Translations under genes and position numbers: made by a program | Shown here: one piece after another, positions 19,927-29,519 of the stretch | Layout of the letters: each line of letters opens with the position of its first letter | How positions within the stretch are numbered: the first letter of the stretch is position 1 | Source: Ferruginibacter sp. | Lineage (GTDB): Bacteria > Bacteroidota > Bacteroidia > Chitinophagales > Chitinophagaceae | Reading direction: 5' to 3' | Length of the DNA: 53,308 nt | Assembly: GCA_014377385.1 (NCBI GenBank) | Contig: JACMPR010000160.1 | Location: 1-53,308, forward strand | The notes under the pieces: generated by a model | What the model saw: only the letters and a program-made list of their open reading frames with translations | What the model was told of the DNA's origin: nothing | The model's database searches: none

Positions 19927-20322
19927 ATGATACCCAATAACAACGACTATAGAATTCTTATAGTTGACAGTTCTTCGATGATTGTTGATAGATTGAATAA
20001 TTTGTTGATAGAAATGACTTGTATCAATTGCGTTTCCACGGCATACACCTATGGTGAGGCATTGGAAAAATTGTCGGCTGATAAATATGACGTTGTTCTT
20101 TTAGACACACAACTTCCGGGTAAGAATGGTTTTGAGTTACTTTCTTTTATCAAAGAGAATTATCCCAAAACCAAAACGATCATGATAACGAACCAGACAA
20201 GCAACCTTTACAGGAATAAGGCTGCAAAAATAGGAACAGATCATTTTATAGATAAATCTGGTGAGTTCGAAAAGGTCATAGAAATTATAAAAGAATATTC
20301 TGTAGGATATCAAATCAATTGA
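19927..20322 (+). CDS. Single-domain (CheY-like) response regulator
   Basis: 131 aa with ILIVD, LLDTQLPGKNG, MITN and FIDK. Confidence 0.88.
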   Translation: MIPNNNDYRILIVDSSSMIVDRLNNLLIEMTCINCVSTAYTYGEALEKLSADKYDVVLLDTQLPGKNGFELLSFIKENYPKTKTIMITNQTSNLYRNKAAKIGTDHFIDKSGEFEKVIEIIKEYSVGYQIN

Positions 20323-20421
20323 AACTATGAAGAACCGGGTAATCGATCAATTTCCGGTCATAACTATGAATTAAACCCACTATTGCGTGTCTTACATTTT
20401 AAGTACAGATCGTACGTTCTG

Positions 20422-20450
20422 AAGCCGGTATGACAACTACCGGTTTTTTT
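20422..20450. terminator. Intrinsic terminator between convergent genes
   Basis: aagccggta-tgacaac-taccggttttttt. Confidence 0.7.
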
Positions 20451-22233
20451 ATGCATAAATGTGATCTACTGCCGACTTAAATTTTTCCATGATTACCTTT
20501 CTTTTCATGCTCAGCTTAGGAGTCATCTCACCAGTTTCAATGCTCCATTCATGGGCAAGTAATTCAAACTTTTTTACCTGCTCTACATGATTGAAGAATT
20601 TATTGAAAGACTCTATCAGCTCCCGGTACAGGTCCAGTACTTTTGGATGGTTCACGGCATCTTCATTGGTGGTAAAATTAATGGCCTTTGCTTTCATCCA
20701 TTCTTTTAGATTTGGCATTGACGGAACGATCAATGCCCCAACAAATTTTTCATTGGCGCCCACAATCATAATCTGCTCAATAAAGGGCGATTCCTTCATT
20801 TTATTTTCGATGGCGGATGGAGCGACATATTTACCACCGCTGGTTTTAAAGAGTTCTTTTTTACGATCGGTTATTTTTAAAAACTTATCCCCTTCAAAAA
20901 CACCAATATCACCGGTATGAAGCCAGCCGTTGATGATGGTTTCTGCTGTTAATCCAGGATTTTTATAGTAACCCATCATAACACTCGGGCCTTTTACACA
21001 TATTTCGCCATCTGCTTCCAGCTTTAATTCCTGCCCTTCAATCAGGGGACCCACCGTTCCAAATTTTGTTCCTCCTTTTTTCTGGCAATTCACTGTAATA
21101 ACCGGGCTATTTTCTGTTGGTCCGTAGCCTTCATAAATGGGTATTCCTGCCGCAGTAAATATCCTTATGAGTCTTACCTGGCAGGCTGCTCCACCAGTTA
21201 TTATAAAGCCGATGTTGTTGCCCAATGCTTCCCTCCATTTATTAAAGATTAGTTTATTGGCCAATGCCAGCTGCATATTATATAACACGCCACCACTTTT
21301 TAGATTGTCATATTTTTCACCTAAAGCCACGGCCCAGTCAAACAATTTTCTTTTGATGCCGGTGAGTTCTGCGCCCTTCGCCATGATCTTTTCATATACT
21401 TTTTCAAGCAACCTTGGCACGGTTGTAAATAAATCTGGTTTTACTTCTTTCAGATTTTCACCAATCGTATCCAGGCTATCGGCATAATAAATTGATATAC
21501 CGGTAGAAATATAGATGTAGGAAACCATCCGCTCAAAAATATGGTTCAATGGAAGAAAACTTAGTGCTTTCGCATGTGGTCTGTCTTCAAAAGGAAATGA
21601 TTTTTTAGAGTTGGTAACATTGCTCACCAGGTTGCGGTGACTTAGCATTACGCCTTTAGGCGTTCCCGTTGTACCGGAAGTATAAATGATCGTGGCACAA
21701 TGCAAAGCAGTGATCGTTTTTTTTATGTCATTCACTTTCTGCTCCCCGGCAACACCCGGTTCACAGATCTTTTTCCAATAATCTGCAGTTGGCAATTCGT
21801 CAAAGCTGTAAATATTGATGAGGGAAGGAATTTTATTTCGGATGCTGTTTACCTTATCTAAAATATCCTGGCCGCTAATAAAAACATGTTTGATGCTGGC
21901 GTCTTTAAAAATAAATTCCAGTTCATTTACATTGGTGGTGGGATAAATGGGACAAAGTACAACGCCAACCTGCTGGCAGGCCATGTCAAGCATTAGCCAT
22001 TCTGGCCTGTTACGGGATATTACCGCTATCTTATCCTGGTTCTCAACGGTCATGTCATGTCCGCTAAGACCCAATCTTAATAAACCGGCACTTAATTTAT
22101 TTGTGATGTCTGCTACCTGGCTGGTACTGTATTTGATCCATTGCCCGTTTTCTTTCCCGGCCAACATATCCTCTTTCGGAAATTTTTCCAACTGGTAAGA
22201 CAAGAAATCAAATATCCTGGATTGATCATTCAT
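20449..22233 (-). CDS. fadD: Long-chain fatty acid-CoA ligase
   Basis: IIYTSGTTGTPKGVMLSH, SFLPLNHIFER, EGYGPTE, GWLHTGDIG and ITDRKKELFKTSGGKYVAP; start taken at MNDQSRIF. Confidence 0.93.
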   Translation of the reverse strand: MNDQSRIFDFLSYQLEKFPKEDMLAGKENGQWIKYSTSQVADITNKLSAGLLRLGLSGHDMTVENQDKIAVISRNRPEWLMLDMACQQVGVVLCPIYPTTNVNELEFIFKDASIKHVFISGQDILDKVNSIRNKIPSLINIYSFDELPTADYWKKICEPGVAGEQKVNDIKKTITALHCATIIYTSGTTGTPKGVMLSHRNLVSNVTNSKKSFPFEDRPHAKALSFLPLNHIFERMVSYIYISTGISIYYADSLDTIGENLKEVKPDLFTTVPRLLEKVYEKIMAKGAELTGIKRKLFDWAVALGEKYDNLKSGGVLYNMQLALANKLIFNKWREALGNNIGFIITGGAACQVRLIRIFTAAGIPIYEGYGPTENSPVITVNCQKKGGTKFGTVGPLIEGQELKLEADGEICVKGPSVMMGYYKNPGLTAETIINGWLHTGDIGVFEGDKFLKITDRKKELFKTSGGKYVAPSAIENKMKESPFIEQIMIVGANEKFVGALIVPSMPNLKEWMKAKAINFTTNEDAVNHPKVLDLYRELIESFNKFFNHVEQVKKFELLAHEWSIETGEMTPKLSMKRKVIMEKFKSAVDHIYA

Positions 22234-22376
22234 TTGTAAGCATTTAGTATGGTGACAATAGTTTTCCAAAGTAATAAAATGAGTTTAGAACCATGGACTA
22301 AGAATAAGGAATGAGTTTTTTTGAATGATCGTGCTCGTCATCGGAGATCGCTTCAAAGCCTTCACTAATCACCCAT

Positions 22377-23378
22377 TCACTTATAGCCCTGCGCCAAGGG
22401 CACCTTAAATATCCTTCCTTTTTGAAAATTGGTAAATGCGGTATAATCTTCTGTGTGATTCACCGTCCAGTTTTGGAAACGGACCAGGTTTTCTGAAGAA
22501 CCAAAGATCCATTGGTTGTAAGCGTCGAACAAACCATCCTGCAACAATTGTTGCTGGTAATCAAAAAGCTTGTAAGGAAATTTCGTTTTGTAATCGCTAC
22601 TCCAGTCAAGAATAAAGCGTGTACGGATCATGGTAAGTGATTCGGTATTAATACCCTGCCCTGCCACGGATGACTGCTTATTCATGGTTTGCAAAAAAGC
22701 CTTTTCAAAGTTACTTTTCTCCCTGGCATCCTGTTCCAGGTTGGCGTTTAAGAATAACTTTTTATAACTGTCCAGTAAAATATCTTTTATCTCCGGTGTG
22801 CTTCTGCTAAATGGTTCCATGTTCACAAAAAGTTCTCCGTACAGGATGGTCCATATTTTATCTGAAATAAGATGGTAATACCTGCAGGCGTTATAATAAT
22901 TCTTTGAATAGGACGGATCATTCTCAATTCCTTTTTCCCATTCTTTAATGGCTTCATTGTTTTTCCGGGCCCATAGTAACTCCCCGTATTCATTGTACAA
23001 AGGACCGCTCTTCGGAAATCTTTTTATGCCTTTTTTATACAACTTTTCACACTCCTTCAGCATGTTCAGCTCTTTATAAATATAGCCTGCTATTTGGAAA
23101 CTTTGGTCATCTGCCTCTTGCCTTTCCAGCAACGGCTTTATTATTTCCAGCGCTTTTTTATTGTCTTTCTGAAAATAATAACTTAACGCAAGGTCCTTTG
23201 AAATAGCGGCGTTTGTAGGATCCTGCTGCAGGCCGCGGTTTAGTACGATAATAGCATTCGCATAATCGCCCTGCCGCATAAATGTTTTGGCTGTTTCATG
23301 CAGCTGACGGATATCCGTTTGAGCAGCGCAGCAAAAGGAGCTAAGTAAAAAGCAAAATTGAAAAAACTTTTTTTTCAT
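22377..23378 (-). CDS. Secreted tetratricopeptide-repeat protein
   Basis: Signal peptide and TPR-like repeats (GDYANAI..L..GLQQDP, LYNEYGELLW...AI.EWEKGIENDP). Confidence 0.85.
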   Translation of the reverse strand: MKKKFFQFCFLLSSFCCAAQTDIRQLHETAKTFMRQGDYANAIIVLNRGLQQDPTNAAISKDLALSYYFQKDNKKALEIIKPLLERQEADDQSFQIAGYIYKELNMLKECEKLYKKGIKRFPKSGPLYNEYGELLWARKNNEAIKEWEKGIENDPSYSKNYYNACRYYHLISDKIWTILYGELFVNMEPFSRSTPEIKDILLDSYKKLFLNANLEQDAREKSNFEKAFLQTMNKQSSVAGQGINTESLTMIRTRFILDWSSDYKTKFPYKLFDYQQQLLQDGLFDAYNQWIFGSSENLVRFQNWTVNHTEDYTAFTNFQKGRIFKVPLAQGYK

Positions 23379-23489
23379 GGTATGGTAAAGATAAAAAAAG
23401 AGACGCGATAAAGCATCTCCGGAAAAGGCAACCAGGATTATTTAAAATGTATTGGCAGGCAATGATGAGGGCCGTGTTTTTCTAAATTA

Positions 23490-24719
23490 TCAGTCAATCA
23501 AATGCGTTAGCAGGCCATCACGAAGCTTTGGCTCAAACCAGGTGCTCTTGGGGGGCATGGTATTGCCACTGTCGGCGATGTTGAATAATTGTTCGATGCT
23601 TACGGGGAACAAACTGATGGCCAATGCCACTTCGCCGCTGTTCACTCTTTTTTCCAGTTCCTCAAGACCCCGGATACCACCTACAAAATCTATCCTTTTA
23701 TCGGTGCGTTGGTCTTTTATTCCCAGGATGGGATCCAGCACATTTTGTTGTAGAATAGTGATGTCCAGAATTCCAATAGGATCTTCTGTAAACGTACCCG
23801 GTTTTGATGTAAGCCTGTACCATTGATGGTTCATATATAAGCCAAACTGGTGCAACGCTTCGGGGCGGTAAGCGGTTTCTTTTTTTTCTACAGTAAAATT
23901 TTGTTCCAGTAATTGCAGGAATGCAGTTCCACTTAATCCATTCAGGTCTTTCAATATCCTGTTGTAATCCATGATGTGCAACTGGTTAGAGGGAAACAGG
24001 GTAGTCAAAAAATAGTCAGCATTCGGTGTGGCATTTTTCCCCATGGCGCTGCGTACTTTGGCAGCTGACGCCGCACGGTGATGACCATCTGCAATGTAAG
24101 TGCAGGGCGCATGTGTTTTAAACAGTTGAGTGATGTTCCTGATAGTGGCGTCGTCATTCACAATCCAGATACTGTGTTGTATCCTGTCGTCTGCAGTAAA
24201 ATCGTATTGAGGATTTTTTTCAGTTGTCCATTTATTAATCAATGCATCTACCGCATCAATATTTTTATAAGCCAAAAAAACATTCCCGGTTTGGGCACCT
24301 GTTGTTTTAATGTGATTGATACGATCCTGTTCTTTTTCCGGACGGGTAAATTCGTGTTTTTTTATCAGGTCTTTTTCATAATCATCCACGGCACTGCCGC
24401 AAACCAGGCCCGTCTGGCTTTTCCCATTCATTACAAGCCTGTAAATATAATAACAGGGTTTGTTTTCCCTGAAAAGAATATTCCGGCTAATAAATGCTTC
24501 TAAATTTTCTTTTGCCTTATCATATACTTTTTGAGAATGAGCGTCTGTAGTTTCCGGAAGATCAATTTCACTCTTGGTGATGTGCAGGAAACTGTTGGGA
24601 TTTCCCTGGGCTTCAACTTTTGCTTCTTTGCTGTTTAAAACATCATACGGTCTTGATGCAACGCTCTTCGACAGTTGCGCTTCGGGCCTTAATGCTTTGA
24701 ATGGTGTAATTGTAATCAT
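23490..24719 (-). CDS. DUF1015 family protein
   Basis: PFKALRP, SRPYDV, IKKHEFTR, YIADGHHR and MPPKSTWFEPKLRDGL. Confidence 0.93.
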   Translation of the reverse strand: MITITPFKALRPEAQLSKSVASRPYDVLNSKEAKVEAQGNPNSFLHITKSEIDLPETTDAHSQKVYDKAKENLEAFISRNILFRENKPCYYIYRLVMNGKSQTGLVCGSAVDDYEKDLIKKHEFTRPEKEQDRINHIKTTGAQTGNVFLAYKNIDAVDALINKWTTEKNPQYDFTADDRIQHSIWIVNDDATIRNITQLFKTHAPCTYIADGHHRAASAAKVRSAMGKNATPNADYFLTTLFPSNQLHIMDYNRILKDLNGLSGTAFLQLLEQNFTVEKKETAYRPEALHQFGLYMNHQWYRLTSKPGTFTEDPIGILDITILQQNVLDPILGIKDQRTDKRIDFVGGIRGLEELEKRVNSGEVALAISLFPVSIEQLFNIADSGNTMPPKSTWFEPKLRDGLLTHLID

Positions 24720-24797
24720 GCTGCTGTAAAAATAGTATGGCGTTAGGTGTTTATTAGTTTGTAAATATAACCCGATAGGCCTGAAAGCATTTATAAT

Positions 24798-25355
24798 TTA
24801 TTGGTTCAATTTAAGTAAACGTTCCTTTTCAAGTTGTAAAAAAATGTTCCAGTCTTCCTGTTTTTTGCTGTTGATACTATGGTTGGTCTCCTCGTCATAT
24901 TTTTTGCCAAGGGCCGCATACTTTTCAAAGCTTGCCTCAAAGACAGACTGTACGGTGGAACCAAAGTTTGCTTTTGTCAGCACGGTAGTTTGCAAAATCG
25001 CCATTATTTCAAGTTGACACAACCTTCCAATGTCAAAATGACCTTGCTCATGTTTCAGCAGTTCTGTTGTACCCTTCCCTTTTTTCAACCATGATTTCCG
25101 TTTATTAAATGTCAAAGTAAGGGCCACATTTTTACTGGTGATTTTGTCGGCGTTTGCCCCGGTGGTGGTTGTAAAATCCAGGTTCCAGAAAGTTTCCGCA
25201 AAAAAAGAAGAACCTCTGTCCGGCTTTCCCTGGAAATCTTCCCATGCCAGCAGCCGTTCGCCGCGTTGGTCCGCGATGATCACCTCCTGCGCATTGGTAT
25301 GCAAAAAAGAAATGCAGTTAAAAAGCAGGACCAATAATTTAGACATTGTTTTCAT
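24798..25355 (-). CDS. DUF922-like secreted putative Zn-protease
   Basis: Signal peptide; L.WEDFQGKP, SW, LLKHEQGHFDI (HExxH) and YDEETNHS...Q..W. Confidence 0.82.
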   Translation of the reverse strand: MKTMSKLLVLLFNCISFLHTNAQEVIIADQRGERLLAWEDFQGKPDRGSSFFAETFWNLDFTTTTGANADKITSKNVALTLTFNKRKSWLKKGKGTTELLKHEQGHFDIGRLCQLEIMAILQTTVLTKANFGSTVQSVFEASFEKYAALGKKYDEETNHSINSKKQEDWNIFLQLEKERLLKLNQ

Positions 25356-25531
25356 GAATAATATAGGCTTTGGTTACATATTTCCGGAGGCGGAAGCTTA
25401 TCTCCTCTTAACGTGAGTAGCTTTTTAAAGGTGAATAATTTTATTTTATAAATTGCTATTGTTCGATCGGGCGTGTTGGGATTATATTTAGGTCGTGCTG
25501 CCATGAGGCCAGGAATTTTGGCGTACAATGA

Positions 25532-26596
25532 TCATCTTTTTTCGGCGAAATCCTTCATCGCTTTTACCAAAACGAGCACACTGCTAATTGGCAAAGCGTT
25601 GTACAGGGACGCACGAAAACCACCCACACTCCGGTGGCCTTTTATGCCAACAATACCGAGCGACTGCGTATATTTTAAAAAGTCAGCCTCCTTTCCCGGA
25701 TCATTCATAACAAAGCATACATTCATTTTGCTCCTGTCTTCTTTAACAGTAGTGCCGGTGAACATTTCATTCTCATCTATCTCTTTGTATAATAAAGCAG
25801 CTTTCTCGTTGTTCAGTTTTTCAATTGCAGCTACACCCCCCTGTGATTTAAGCCATCGTAAAGTGAGCATGCATACAAACACGGAAAATACAGGCGGTGT
25901 ATTCAGCATACTACCTTCATTTATATGGTTACGGTAATCCATGATGGTAGGAATAGCCCTCTTTATTTTGCCGAGGATATTTTTATTTACCACCACCAGG
26001 TTTACGCCGGAAGGCCCCATATTTTTTTGAGCCCCTGCATAAATAAGGTCGAAAGCATTAAAATCAAGTACCCGGCTCATGATATCGCTGCTCATATCTG
26101 CCACCAGCGAATTGCTTGTTGCAGGAATGCGTTGCCATTGTGTGCCGTAAATGGTATTATTGGTAGTAATGTGCAGGTATTTTGAATCGTTAGGAACAGC
26201 GAAATCTTTTGGGATGAAGTTGTAATTTTTTTCTTTGGAAGAACAAACCACTTCCACTTTGCCAAAAAATTTTGCTTCTTTGATAGCCTTGCTTCCCCAT
26301 ACACCCGTATCCGTGTAAGCAGCACTGTCTTTTGGATCCAGCAGGTTCATGGGCACCTGCATAAATTGTGTAGATGCGCCCCCATGTAAAAAAAGAACTT
26401 CATGATTGGCATCTAAATGCATAAGTTCTTTTACCAGCGACCTTGCTTCTTCCATTACCGATGTAAATTCTGCTGTACGGTGGCCGAATTCGAGTATGGA
26501 TAAACCCGAGTTATTCCAGTTCAGTACAGCAGCGGCTGCCTGTTCAAATACTTCTTTTGGTAAAATGGAGGGTCCCGCGTTAAAATTATGTACCAT
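25532..26596 (-). CDS. serC: Phosphoserine aminotransferase
   Basis: HNFNAGPSILP, GGASTQF, NNTIYGTQ, DMSSD, YAGAQKN.GP, NTPP and GHRSVGGFRASLYNA. Confidence 0.97.
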   Translation of the reverse strand: MVHNFNAGPSILPKEVFEQAAAAVLNWNNSGLSILEFGHRTAEFTSVMEEARSLVKELMHLDANHEVLFLHGGASTQFMQVPMNLLDPKDSAAYTDTGVWGSKAIKEAKFFGKVEVVCSSKEKNYNFIPKDFAVPNDSKYLHITTNNTIYGTQWQRIPATSNSLVADMSSDIMSRVLDFNAFDLIYAGAQKNMGPSGVNLVVVNKNILGKIKRAIPTIMDYRNHINEGSMLNTPPVFSVFVCMLTLRWLKSQGGVAAIEKLNNEKAALLYKEIDENEMFTGTTVKEDRSKMNVCFVMNDPGKEADFLKYTQSLGIVGIKGHRSVGGFRASLYNALPISSVLVLVKAMKDFAEKR

Positions 26597-26861
26597 GAAA
26601 ACAACAGTTAGTTATAGTGAGAAGTGTTTTTAAAAATGAGTGGCAAAAGTACCAAAATTAAAAATGCGTAGAGCAGGTTTTTAATAGCGGTTTTCCAAAT
26701 ATTCCTTTAGTGATCAACCTGTTTATTGATCCCGCAATGTTTGAATTTGACGGTTGGAAGATATTCCAGACAAGCTTATTTATCGCTTTCCAATGTATTG
26801 GGATGGGTGATGTCGGCCGGAAGGACACTATTATAAATGTACAAAATAAAAAATTTTCAGG

Positions 26862-27842
26862 TCATTCTTCCTGGCGCCCGATCATTTTTTCCGTTGCTTT
26901 CCAGGATTGATTCAGGTTATCAAACTCTTTTATTTCAGCTTCGGAGAATTGTTGTTTTACCAGGCTTTTAAGATCGGGCTGCCCGGCATTTACCCATGCG
27001 GTAAACCAGAAAGACGCAATGCAAAAAATAGACTGCCGCATACGGCGCTCGATCATTCCGTCTAATTTTTTATTGAAAGCAATGGTAAAAGCCGATGAAT
27101 ACTGCCGGATCACTTTACCATTTCTTTCTTCAAAAGAATATTTTTGATCCTCCGAAAACGATTTGGACAATTCTCTTTCAAAAGTCAATACGCTGTCGGC
27201 TGCCTTCCCACTTTCCAGCACACGGTCCCAGATAAAATCTCCGGGTTCTTTTATATAAATTGCTTTGCCAATAAAAAAATCAAACTCCTTTTCTGCAAGC
27301 AATTCCGGCACGCGGCTTTCCCAAAAACCATGAATGCCTTTTTGATTGGTTAGCTGACCATTGTGGTTACTGCTGGCGTGTAAGGGCACGTGTGCATCAG
27401 CAATATAGTGCCCGATTTCTGCGCTGTTTTTCATGATGCGGCTGAAATTCTTTTCTTTAAAAGCGGCGGTCAGCCTGCCAAGCATTGTTTGCACATGCCA
27501 GGGTACAATGCCGTGTGCCTTCAAACTATCTTCTGTAAATTTCGCAACGGCTTCGGTCCATTTGTGCGGCAATGCTTCGTAGGGGTATTTGCCATAATGA
27601 TCGATGTCTATATAATGGCGTGGCCCCTCATCAGGTACACCATAACGGCGTTTATCAGGATCAATGGCGTGCTCTGAAATAAAATTGATATTCGGTTTGT
27701 ACAACAACATCATTTCTGGCGGCAGCAAAAAAACAGCATAATAATTTATTTTTTGGTGTGCATAAAATCCCCAGCAATAAGATGGCAGGTAAGCAAGCAA
27801 TAGTATACTGCTCAACAGTAAAGAACGCAACGCACTTTTCAT
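26862..27842 (-). CDS. Zinc-dependent phospholipase C / S1-P1 nuclease family secreted protein
   Basis: Signal peptide then WGFYAH; HYIDID, GHYIADAHVPLH and HGFWES Zn ligands. Confidence 0.88.
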   Translation of the reverse strand: MKSALRSLLLSSILLLAYLPSYCWGFYAHQKINYYAVFLLPPEMMLLYKPNINFISEHAIDPDKRRYGVPDEGPRHYIDIDHYGKYPYEALPHKWTEAVAKFTEDSLKAHGIVPWHVQTMLGRLTAAFKEKNFSRIMKNSAEIGHYIADAHVPLHASSNHNGQLTNQKGIHGFWESRVPELLAEKEFDFFIGKAIYIKEPGDFIWDRVLESGKAADSVLTFERELSKSFSEDQKYSFEERNGKVIRQYSSAFTIAFNKKLDGMIERRMRQSIFCIASFWFTAWVNAGQPDLKSLVKQQFSEAEIKEFDNLNQSWKATEKMIGRQEE

Positions 27843-28019
27843 ACTAATAAATTAGGTGGTTAAATGTAGGGAATTTTATGAATAGCTGTATGAGTGAATT
27901 GAGAATATTGAATGATAAAAACCTGCGTGTAACGATAAAAGGTAATATTTTATTAGAGATAATTCCCGGATTTGTAAACGGATTGGAGAACTTTCCCTGG
28001 AGCTACACAATTCATATTT

Positions 28020-28655
28020 TCATCGTTCACTATGTAAGTCCTCCATGCCTGTTCCTTCACCCAGATCTGTAACTCCGCCACTAACGGCAAACTTCATGGT
28101 TTGTGTACTACTATAATGGAGTATTGGTTTTATCCTGTTTTTTGGAATAATGTACACATTTCCTGCCACGGAATAGGCCATCGGGACATACACCGAAACG
28201 AAATCTTTTAATCCAAAATCACTCATGTCTTCGCGGGTCACAAAACCGATACGCCAAACATCGTTGTCATCCACATTAGCCAGCACATTCTGTGTAAATT
28301 TTTTTTTGTCGCCCGCAAACGCTTCAAAAAAATCCCGGGTTGTGCCATATATATGTTTAAGACCCGGCGTTTTCTGCATGAATTTATCCAAAAAACTCAC
28401 AATTCTGCCCGTTATAAAGAACGAACTGAAGTAGCCAATAACAATAAGGGCGGCAATGATGATCACAAAGCCGAGGCCGTAATTCTGCACATGAACCCTG
28501 CCCTGTTCATCGATGGTAGAAAAGATGGGCAACCACCCATCAATAGTAGAAACTACAAAATAGAGCGCATACAATGTTATCGCTACCGGGGCCAGGATAA
28601 GCATTCCCTGGAGAAAATACTGTAGCAATTTTTTTGCATCAAAGGGGTTTGCCAT
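28020..28655 (-). CDS. DUF502 family membrane protein
   Basis: YFLQG.LILAP..ITLY, P.LKHIY, IGFVT, VYVP and MKFAVSGGV. Confidence 0.9.
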   Translation of the reverse strand: MANPFDAKKLLQYFLQGMLILAPVAITLYALYFVVSTIDGWLPIFSTIDEQGRVHVQNYGLGFVIIIAALIVIGYFSSFFITGRIVSFLDKFMQKTPGLKHIYGTTRDFFEAFAGDKKKFTQNVLANVDDNDVWRIGFVTREDMSDFGLKDFVSVYVPMAYSVAGNVYIIPKNRIKPILHYSSTQTMKFAVSGGVTDLGEGTGMEDLHSER

Positions 28656-28825
28656 TTGGAAAGATTTAGGCAACAAAGGTAACCTGCTATGTGCTGTCAG
28701 CCATCAGAAATCAAATCGCGGGAAATAACCTTTAGCTAAACTAAAAACTTGAAACGATTGGGGCTCCCGCAATGACATGCCGCCACCATGTTAAATAATT
28801 ATTACGAATGGTAATTATTCATGAT

Positions 28826-28862
28826 GGAAACTTGCGTTACGAAAAAAGTTTCCTTAGTTTTG
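28826..28862 (+). promoter_or_regulatory. TetR operator palindrome adjoining a Bacteroidota -7 promoter element
   Basis: GGAAACTT-N12-AAGTTTCC (28826-28853) is followed by TAGTTTTG (28855-28862), which ends 9 nt before the ATG. Confidence 0.7.
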
Positions 28863-28871
28863 CCGTCGATT

Positions 28872-29519
28872 ATGATTGAAATACAAGATACAGGCATACG
28901 GATAAGGCAAAAGGCGGACGAGCTTTTTATGCAGTATGGTTTACGTAGTGTAAGTATGGATGATATTGCGAATGGGCTTGGGATCAGCAAAAAAACGATC
29001 TACCAGTATTATGCGGATAAAGATGAGTTGGTAAATGCTGTTGTGGGGGCAATTATTAAAAAAAACCAGTCAACCTGTGATTTTGACAGAACCAGTGCAG
29101 CCAATGCTGTTCACGAGATTTTTCTTGCTATTGACCTGGTAAAGGAATTATTCCGCTCTATGAATCTTTCCCTGTTGTTTGATATGCAGAAGTATTATCC
29201 CGGCGCCTATAAAATGTTTTCGGAACATAAGAATGACTACCTGTACGGCGTAATTCGCGAAAATCTTCTCAGGGGATTGAAGGAAGAATTGTACCGGCCA
29301 GACATTAATATAGAAGTATTGTCACGCTACCGCGTGGAAAGCATCACCCTTCCGTTTTATCCCGATTTTCATACAAAAGTGAAATCGGGCCTTGCGGAAA
29401 TTGAAGAGGAACTCACCATTCATTTTCTTTATGGGCTGGTTTCTAACAAAGGATATAAGCTTATCCTGAAATACCAGGAAGACAGAAATAAAAAATTATT
29501 AGCAGATGCAAAGAAATAG
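28872..29519 (+). CDS. TetR/AcrR family transcriptional regulator
   Basis: A.ELF..YGLRSVSMDDIA..LGISKKTIYQYY.DKDEL HTH; start at 28872 inferred from promoter position. Confidence 0.93.
   Translation: MIEIQDTGIRIRQKADELFMQYGLRSVSMDDIANGLGISKKTIYQYYADKDELVNAVVGAIIKKNQSTCDFDRTSAANAVHEIFLAIDLVKELFRSMNLSLLFDMQKYYPGAYKMFSEHKNDYLYGVIRENLLRGLKEELYRPDINIEVLSRYRVESITLPFYPDFHTKVKSGLAEIEEELTIHFLYGLVSNKGYKLILKYQEDRNKKLLADAKK

Noticed and set aside
28821-28871. Extended TetR N-terminus
   Set aside because: The region is occupied by the operator and -7 promoter element; 28872 is the better start.
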